Below are positions 57,429 to 64,000 of a DNA stretch of 64,000 bases, one piece after another. A model generated the notes under the pieces. That model was not told the DNA's origin. It saw nothing but the letters and a program-made list of their open reading frames with translations, and searched no databases. Source of the DNA: Leptolyngbyaceae cyanobacterium. Lineage in GTDB: Bacteria > Cyanobacteriota > Cyanobacteriia > Phormidesmidales > Phormidesmidaceae. The position numbers and the translations under genes are program-made. How positions within the stretch are numbered: position 1 is the first letter of the stretch; each line of letters starts with the position of its first letter. Location of the stretch: the NCBI GenBank assembly GCA_965263355.1, contig CBDHHL010000039.1, positions 1 to 64,000 of the forward strand, in the 5' to 3' direction.

Positions 57429-57930
57429 CATTCAAAAAATCACTGGGTTTCACCTATTAATCCACTGCTTTTCAGTAGTTATTTCATAGTTATTTCAAGC
57501 GCTTTTTATCGGCTGCATCCCTTGCTATATATACGTTTCAGCTATTTCTATGCTTTAATATTTTATATATTTCAATTTCAAACTTTCTGTTTTAGAAATA
57601 GATAGAGGCTAATAGGGCATAGATAGGGAGCACTCCCATAGAAAACAGAAAGTTTGAGCCAAAAAATGGCCATTTCGATAAAAAAATCGCTGAAACCATT
57701 GATATAAAAGGATTTCAAAATTCAAGTTTTAGTGAAATTCCTAGGAATTTACTAATGATTTTTGTGAAAAAACTGATCACTTTTTGGGTTCAACTACCAC
57801 TAGTCCTACAAATCACTATCAACTGGCACACTCAACCAGGGTTTTATGAAGACAGCCTACTTGGTGTCATTTGATACATCGCTAAGCTTTTCTTAGGCCC
57901 CCTCGTTCTAGGAAAGGGTGAGGGGGGGAG
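57429..57930. repeat. Non-coding origin-like element B (inverted homolog of 16132-16587)
   Basis: 170-bp core at ~92% identity, weaker homology extending to the G-rich GGGTGAGGGGGGG end; directly downstream of the primase-helicase gene. Confidence 0.8.
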
Positions 57931-57989
57931 CGGCGGCAGTTTTGTTTTGCTGGCTCTAGGGCTGGTTGCAGCGGTCGATATTGGCAAAG

Positions 57990-58057
57990 TAAAAGCGCCT
58001 CAGGTTTGGTGACCTGAAGCGCTCGTGTAGTTGTCTGTTTCGATGTTTGTAGTTTAG
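57990..58057 (-). terminator. Primase gene terminator; homolog of the 39670 palindrome with inverted loop
   Basis: AGCGCCTCAGGT-TTGGTG-ACCTGAAGCGCT with A-run on the left. Confidence 0.7.
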
Positions 58058-60303
58058 TTGAATAGTCCTAGCATTTTTCTAATGTCAACGTCTTTTAGGG
58101 GAGGCAGTGTTAGCGGTATGCCTTCTCCTGTCTTCCTCTGAGTTTCGGCCCCGGCGGCAAGGATGTATTTTTTCCAATTTCGCATTTTTAATGGTTTGCA
58201 GCCCGTGTCGATCACCCACTCTTTATAGCGGTTGTACCAGACACTAATTATTTGAGTTTGAGCAACGGATAGTTCTAAATGCTCCATCCATTCATAGACA
58301 GTATTTGACTCTGCCAAGTGACGTTGCTGTAATGCTATGTTCTCCTCAGACTTGAGGTGGGTTTTTAGTACCTCCACTGCTTCATCTAGGGAGATAGCCC
58401 AGGCCCAATTAAATATTCCTGGTAGCTCAGCTTTTAACTTGTTGGCCAGCTCTGTATCAATCTCGGTAGGTTTGCGGCTAAATGGGATATATAGTACTCG
58501 CCTACTAAGGCCTTCTTGGTCAGCTGCCCTGGACTTGATCGGTTGGTTCATGGCTGCCCATAAGACAGTTTTGAATTCTTCGGTTCTTTTATCTTTATAT
58601 TTAGCTTCTACGTCCAGGGGTTCGTTGACACAGATTGAGTTGATATTTCCAACCGCCTGACTGCTCAATTCGCCTTTGAGATCCATTGCAAAACAAGCCC
58701 GTTTGCCGGACATCCCGTTCATGCCGCGAGCATCATTTACATTGTGATAATTCCAGGCGGCATAACTGCCCTCGCCTATCAGCTGCGTTAACACACTTAA
58801 AAATGTCCCTTTACCGAGGCCAGCGGGGCCAATTAGAACAGGCCAGATATGGATAGGGTAGGGGCCTTGTTTTTTAGGCGTGATCGTCCAACGAATAAGG
58901 GCTTGAATAATCTCTGGCCACTTTTCATCATCTTCAAACAGCCAATTCAGCCAGGTTAGCCATTGGATGCACTGCGCCTCAGGGTCATACGAAAACCCTA
59001 ATGTCTGAGTAATATAATTTTTAGGAGAGTGTGGAATAAGCTTTTTTTTATTAAGCTCCAGCACTCCATTAATAAATCCTAGTAGATGCGGTTGATCGAA
59101 TTGATCTTTGCTTAATCGGGTCTTGTTCTCCACAAACCTCAGTTCTTGCGCCGCGATCGCACGCTTCCTATTTAGCCAGTATTGAGCGTCGGCTATTTGT
59201 TCGGAAAGTAGTTTCCAGGCTTCCTCGCCTACGTCTTTCCAGATGCCCTCTGGACAATATTGACGTTTTGAATAATCAGGGATATTGGCATAAATCCCAT
59301 GCAAGGATAGCCAGCTGATTAACCCCCTAACATGATGCTGTTTATTAATAGGAGTATCTTTGTGGGCATCGTCTCCCAGTGGTTCAGCCGCAAACAGGCA
59401 CTCAGTATCTAATGACTTGTCTTCCCATTTGCATTTTACTAATGGCAATGCATGTCTTAACAATTCCTTTACTGGTGACTCGCCTAATAACACAATTGCG
59501 TCATCTAAGCCTAGTTTTTTGGTCTTTTTTTCATTAGCAAGTTTTAATCGGGTTGGGAGCAGCGCATACTTTAATTTTTTAGCTAATGCTAGTGTTCGGG
59601 TAGGCACTCGCTCATTAGAACATGTCTCGTCTATTTCGAGCTGATGATAAGCCTCTATTAAGTTTCCAGCCAATGCTTTGATAGCTCTAGCAACCTGATA
59701 TTTGTGGGTGATGTCGCTGTCAAAAACTATGGTTAAATTTTGCGCGGCTCTGACATCAATTTCATCAACCAGGCATCCTAAAGCACGGTTACCCCATTCG
59801 TCCTTATCGCCAGTCTTGTAACTGTAAACCCCTCCAATCCCTATGCATGGAATATTACAGAGTGTTGCCAGTAGGCTTTTTTTCTCGCCTTCTGTTAAGG
59901 CTAGATTAATGCCTGAAAGCTTAGTAAAATCGACTTTGTTAGCCACTCTCGGAAAATAAATCCGTGGGGGCGCCCCTTTTGGGGACAGATATGTGCATTT
60001 TGGGCTTGGCGGGTTGTCTGGCCTGAGTCTAAAAAATGGCCTGTTATCATCCCCCCATCGATATACGTCCTTGCCGTCAATCGTGAAATAAGTGAATATC
60101 AGACCGGCTCTACCGTGGCCTGTGAGCGTTCTAGCTAAGGCAGCATCAGCGCTAAATATGCCAGCTACCAGGGCAGCACTGGGACTTATACCGCTTTCTG
60201 CCAAATGACTAATGTGATGGGCTTCTAGATAGTGCTGCTCGGGCAGCTCGGGAATAAACTTGCGTATTGATTTCCATCCAAAATTAGCTCTTAATCCACT
60301 CAT
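58054..60303 (-). CDS. Primase-helicase (DUF3854 TOPRIM + D5_N + SF3 helicase, P4-type)
   Basis: TEGEKK, FDSD, GLDD, FINGVL, GPAGLGKGT, WAAMN, RR.LYIPF. Confidence 0.9.
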   Translation of the reverse strand: MSGLRANFGWKSIRKFIPELPEQHYLEAHHISHLAESGISPSAALVAGIFSADAALARTLTGHGRAGLIFTYFTIDGKDVYRWGDDNRPFFRLRPDNPPSPKCTYLSPKGAPPRIYFPRVANKVDFTKLSGINLALTEGEKKSLLATLCNIPCIGIGGVYSYKTGDKDEWGNRALGCLVDEIDVRAAQNLTIVFDSDITHKYQVARAIKALAGNLIEAYHQLEIDETCSNERVPTRTLALAKKLKYALLPTRLKLANEKKTKKLGLDDAIVLLGESPVKELLRHALPLVKCKWEDKSLDTECLFAAEPLGDDAHKDTPINKQHHVRGLISWLSLHGIYANIPDYSKRQYCPEGIWKDVGEEAWKLLSEQIADAQYWLNRKRAIAAQELRFVENKTRLSKDQFDQPHLLGFINGVLELNKKKLIPHSPKNYITQTLGFSYDPEAQCIQWLTWLNWLFEDDEKWPEIIQALIRWTITPKKQGPYPIHIWPVLIGPAGLGKGTFLSVLTQLIGEGSYAAWNYHNVNDARGMNGMSGKRACFAMDLKGELSSQAVGNINSICVNEPLDVEAKYKDKRTEEFKTVLWAAMNQPIKSRAADQEGLSRRVLYIPFSRKPTEIDTELANKLKAELPGIFNWAWAISLDEAVEVLKTHLKSEENIALQQRHLAESNTVYEWMEHLELSVAQTQIISVWYNRYKEWVIDTGCKPLKMRNWKKYILAAGAETQRKTGEGIPLTLPPLKDVDIRKMLGLFN

Positions 60304-60390
60304 ATTTATTAAATTCCAGGAAGCCCATTATATTTGCTGCGTTTTATATAATGGCATTGCTTTACAAGCATGGCTGTATTTTTTCTTTTT

Positions 60391-60430
60391 TGTCAAGCCC
60401 CTTGACAAACTTGATTGTATTTTTTAGGCT
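60391..60430. promoter_or_regulatory. Divergent promoter with TGTCAA-N5-TTGACA palindrome
   Basis: Rightward TTGACA-17-TAGGCT; back-to-back -35 boxes. Confidence 0.55.
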
Positions 60431-60507
60431 TGTACTTGTAAGGCGTTTAGGGCGGTTCGATACCACGTTTGCCCTAACTCGATGTTCAAAAATTGGAATT
60501 TATTATT

Positions 60508-61689
60508 ATGGCAAGATTTCAAAAGAAAGCCTCTAGTGCTCAAACTGTTGAAAATACTGCAACTGTGACTGCACCAAGCATCAATCTTACTCAAAGGTTA
60601 ATAGATCTAGAGACAGAGTTATTGAGTGCTGGGATTAACGAAGATAAGATTGACATCCCAGATCAGAGCTTACCGGAAGATATTCGTGGGGCGTTTAACC
60701 AGCTTGCCGCGAAACTTGGCTTTACTGAGTACAATCCAGATGGCTGTACTTGCGTTTTTGTAAAAAATGACAATGGCGGTTATTTAGCTACACCTGCTGT
60801 TTATGCCTATGAAGACGGGATTTGCATCAGATGGGGACAGCAGCGATTTGTTATCCCTAATGAAACTGTATTTCCTAGCGATTTGTATGCGCTTAATTTA
60901 GGCGATGACACGCTGATTTTAGATCCATCTGGATATGCGTTGGTTTGCCCTGTTCGCTTACAGTATGAGTATCGCTCTGAAGATGGGCGAAAACTCGTTA
61001 GCGCTCGTTTATCTATGGCAAATACGCCTGAAAAACTTACTGAGTTTTTGCTGCGAGGAGAGGAAAGGGTTGAGTGGGGGGATGTAGAAGACGGTTCAGA
61101 TATTGAGTTTGCCCATATTAAATGGGTTCCCAAGAGAGACAAAGAAGGTGAATTTTACGGATCTATCTTAGGTGTTGTCGGTGAAAAACCGGTGCTTTTT
61201 TACGCACCAGGCAATAAAGAAGATTGGGTAAATTTTTCTATTGATGAAAACGGCTGGTTCACTGAAGAATTAACCGTTTCCAAGGAAGGCAAAAAACTTA
61301 GTGTTAATGGGCATGAGTTTGAGCTGACGGGAGGCAATTACATGAAGCTTTCCGAGCTTAGCCCTGAGGCTGAATATAAGGTAGTTGGTTACAAAAAGAC
61401 TCAGGGCAAGTTTGGTGATGGGGTTGAAATTTATGTCATTGTTGATGGCTCTGAGAAGACGATTAATGGCAATACTTATATTAAACGGGTGCTTTCGGGC
61501 TCTACTACTCAATTAAGCATTGATGCCCCTGCAATCCTTTCTATTGATAGGATTGAAGAGATGAAGAACAAGAACAAGCGAGTTATTTGTCGTTTACGTT
61601 TGCCTGAATCTTCTCAAAGTTCTTTTGTTGCGGGCATCAAGGCTCGTATTGCTGAGAACTCTAAGGCTCCTCAGCCAGCCGCTATTTAA
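60508..61689 (+). CDS. Hypothetical replication-module protein
   Basis: Likely ATG 60508 (MARFQKK); ~393 aa. Confidence 0.65.
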   Translation: MARFQKKASSAQTVENTATVTAPSINLTQRLIDLETELLSAGINEDKIDIPDQSLPEDIRGAFNQLAAKLGFTEYNPDGCTCVFVKNDNGGYLATPAVYAYEDGICIRWGQQRFVIPNETVFPSDLYALNLGDDTLILDPSGYALVCPVRLQYEYRSEDGRKLVSARLSMANTPEKLTEFLLRGEERVEWGDVEDGSDIEFAHIKWVPKRDKEGEFYGSILGVVGEKPVLFYAPGNKEDWVNFSIDENGWFTEELTVSKEGKKLSVNGHEFELTGGNYMKLSELSPEAEYKVVGYKKTQGKFGDGVEIYVIVDGSEKTINGNTYIKRVLSGSTTQLSIDAPAILSIDRIEEMKNKNKRVICRLRLPESSQSSFVAGIKARIAENSKAPQPAAI

Positions 61690-61728
61690 TAGTTAGTTTC
61701 ATGCAGGGGTCATCTGGCCTCTGCTGTC

Positions 61729-62781
61729 TTGCTTTTTGAAATGGTCATGAAAACAGGTTTATTCCCTACCCCTGGTAGCAAAAAAGATCGCGTCAAGTAT
61801 CCTGTATGGGATAGGCGTTATGTTTATGATGCCAGCATTGAGCCTTTTGCCTGTGCTGGCCACTTCAGTCATTGGATGCTCGGCAACGGAATTGTTAAGC
61901 GGGCTTTTTTGGCTGATATAGATCCTGTTGTTCAGGTAATTTATCAATGCTGGCAAGATAACAGTCTAAGGCAGCAAGTAGAGAAGACTATTAATAATTG
62001 GTCTAAAGAAGTGCTCTCGAAGGGGCCAAAGGTTGTTTACGAAAACCTTAAAGTCATTGTTGATACTAAGGATACAAGCGACTGTGTAACACTTGCTGCC
62101 GCGTCATTGTTGATTCGCGAGTTCACGTTTATGAGCTGCCTCAGGGCGAATACTAAGGGGCGATTAAACGTAAAAGAGAGTCGTGATAAGGTAGCCAGTC
62201 TCAAAAAAAAGTCTGGGTTTGTGAAAAATGAGCCTCAACTGTCGCCAGAGTTACTTGAAACACTGAATGATGGCTGGGGTTATAAGATGCCCTGGTTTAG
62301 CCCTAATTGGAAGCTTCATTTTTCTAATGACGCTCATGCTTGCATTGATAGTTTTGAACTGTCTACTACTGGCAAAACGATCGCTTTGCATGATGCGCCT
62401 TATTGGGTGCCGAAAGGCTCTAGGCCGGGACGACGGGGGACAGGTGCATTAACACCGTCGTATATCTGCCATGGTGATCCGCAAGGGAGCGATTTGTTTG
62501 ATTTGATTGTTAGCACGTTAGAAAGGCTGTTGGCTAACCCTCGAATTGAACGGGTTGTGATGACTAATTATATTTCAGACCCATTGTGTGACGCGATTGA
62601 ACGGATGGATAAGCTTGGCCGTGATTGGCGGCTAACATCTCTTAGTGTTTTGACTGGGGGCAACAACGGGATTAACGGCAATAGTCGAGACGATCAGTTT
62701 GTCGAGGGTTTTTGGGAATTCGGGGGCGATTTTACGCTGGGCAAATATGAACAAAAAAGTTTATTGGAGTTGGCGGTTTGA
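61729..62781 (+). CDS. Dam-like (D12 class) N6-adenine DNA methyltransferase
   Basis: PGSKK, IEPFACAG, LADID, HDAPY (DPPY variant). Confidence 0.75.
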   Translation: MLFEMVMKTGLFPTPGSKKDRVKYPVWDRRYVYDASIEPFACAGHFSHWMLGNGIVKRAFLADIDPVVQVIYQCWQDNSLRQQVEKTINNWSKEVLSKGPKVVYENLKVIVDTKDTSDCVTLAAASLLIREFTFMSCLRANTKGRLNVKESRDKVASLKKKSGFVKNEPQLSPELLETLNDGWGYKMPWFSPNWKLHFSNDAHACIDSFELSTTGKTIALHDAPYWVPKGSRPGRRGTGALTPSYICHGDPQGSDLFDLIVSTLERLLANPRIERVVMTNYISDPLCDAIERMDKLGRDWRLTSLSVLTGGNNGINGNSRDDQFVEGFWEFGGDFTLGKYEQKSLLELAV

Positions 62782-63452
62782 TGGCTGAATGGACATTAGA
62801 ACAAATTAAGAACGAAGTTGAAAAATACGAACAGTCCAGAAAGATTAGAACCAAGATCTTAAATATGATTTGCCAGGGTGGGGGCCATGTTCTGCCACCG
62901 TCTCGATCAGGTGCTGTTTTAAGCGCGTTCCGTCGGGCTGGATTGCTCATAGAAGACAATGAGCTTGCCCCTGGAGTCCGTGAAATATGGATGAAGTACA
63001 AAAATCTTGAACCATTTACTGAGGTTGAATTAATCGAAGCAGCGTTTGAGTTATTGACTGACATTCAGGCTAGGCAGTTTGAAGATTTTTTAACTAAGAA
63101 TTTGCCTATGAACCAGCGGGTTCGTGATGCACTTCTAAGGTTAAAGTTAATACAGCGTGGCTCAGGTTGTTATGATTTTTATGCGACTGAGTTGGTCAGA
63201 AAGCTATGGTTCAGGAGCAATAGGCAACGGATAATTCAAACAGAGATATATTCTAGACCAAGAATTTTTAGGCAAGACCCAATCCGCGAAGTTTCCCCGT
63301 TTGATGGCTTGAAATATGCCGATATCTTGGAATATCAAGTGTTAAGGGAAAGTCAGAAAGACTATGTTTTTGCCCTGCTGCGTGATGGGGAAATCAATAA
63401 AGCCAAACAACATTTGAGAGGGAACAAGCGTGAACTGTCCAGAAGAAATTAA
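62778..63452 (+). CDS. Hypothetical protein
   Basis: 224 aa; coupled to the MTase gene. Confidence 0.6.
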   Translation: MMAEWTLEQIKNEVEKYEQSRKIRTKILNMICQGGGHVLPPSRSGAVLSAFRRAGLLIEDNELAPGVREIWMKYKNLEPFTEVELIEAAFELLTDIQARQFEDFLTKNLPMNQRVRDALLRLKLIQRGSGCYDFYATELVRKLWFRSNRQRIIQTEIYSRPRIFRQDPIREVSPFDGLKYADILEYQVLRESQKDYVFALLRDGEINKAKQHLRGNKRELSRRN

Positions 63453-63621
63453 AATAATTGCTCGCCAAAATGAAATCAATAAAAAGTGGCGAGTGTATGC
63501 AGGCGATAAAGCTTTATTTCACCTTGTATGGGCATGGATGTTTGCTGAGGAGCAAAGACGATGACAACCGCTAAAGAGATCTTCAGGCGACGAGCCAAAC
63601 AGTATTACGAGAAAAAATATT

Positions 63622-64000
63622 CTAACGGTAAAACTCAACTCTCACCCGCTCTTGCAGTGAAAGTTGTTTCCCATGAACAACAACCTGCTTAATCAGTGAG
63701 TCAAGGATAATCCTTAGCTCACTGGGTGCTAACTCTTCCCAGAATTCAGGGTCAGCAGCAACTGTCTCGTAAATGTCAACGTCATTCGGGTCTATGTCTT
63801 GTCCAGTGGCTTGCTCCAGCTTTGATAGTTGCTGCTGTTTAGTCTGAATCACTCCACTCAGTTCTGGATCAGCCATTGCCTGTAGCTGCTGTATCTGGTT
63901 TCTGAGTTTTATTATTTCTGGACTCACTTCAGTGTTCGGTTCAGCAAATTCTTGAGCAATGTCGATCGCTCTAGCGCAAACCTGTGAAATCACTTCCTTA
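63622..64000 (-). CDS. C-terminal part of a large serine recombinase/integrase (XisF-like), starting beyond the window
   Basis: Frame open to the window edge; coiled coil then ELRIILDSLIKQVVVHG...VEF. Confidence 0.6.
   Translation of the reverse strand, partial: KEVISQVCARAIDIAQEFAEPNTEVSPEIIKLRNQIQQLQAMADPELSGVIQTKQQQLSKLEQATGQDIDPNDVDIYETVAADPEFWEELAPSELRIILDSLIKQVVVHGKQLSLQERVRVEFYR

Overview
The whole window is a temperate, long-tailed (siphovirus-like) phage or prophage of a cyanobacterium. HIP1 GCGATCGC octamers recur throughout, and the C-terminus of a large serine recombinase sits at the right edge. Layout: leftward head module (terS, PBSX terL, portal, MuF-like, scaffold, P22-type capsid, then surface/fibre genes ending in a SwmB/Ig/SGNH-esterase protein, 1-12.2 kb); a divergent ParB-like + radical-SAM operon with two shared-leader proteins (12.3-15.2 kb); an early/immunity region of repeated operator-promoter-terminator cassettes with a ~400-nt structured RNA and pseudoknot repeats (15-23 kb); a rightward tail module with a G/GT frameshift and 1490-aa tape measure (23.8-36 kb); an intact IS605 element (tnpA+tnpB); accessory genes (EEP nuclease, YjjX-like ITPase, membrane ATPase cluster); and a leftward replication module (5'-3' exonuclease, Pol-gamma-like protein, KilA-N, SF1 helicase, DUF3854/P4-type primase-helicase) followed by a Dam-like MTase. 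Best leads: an orphan HEARO/IscB omega-RNA without its nuclease, the unnamed ~400-nt RNA ahead of a 21-aa hydrophobic peptide, the radical-SAM/QxGNG-leader operon, a polymerase-dead Pol-gamma homolog, and twin inverted origin-like elements 41 kb apart plus a KilA-N protein carrying a copy of the primase C-terminal domain. All family calls come from motif recognition by eye; no database search was run.
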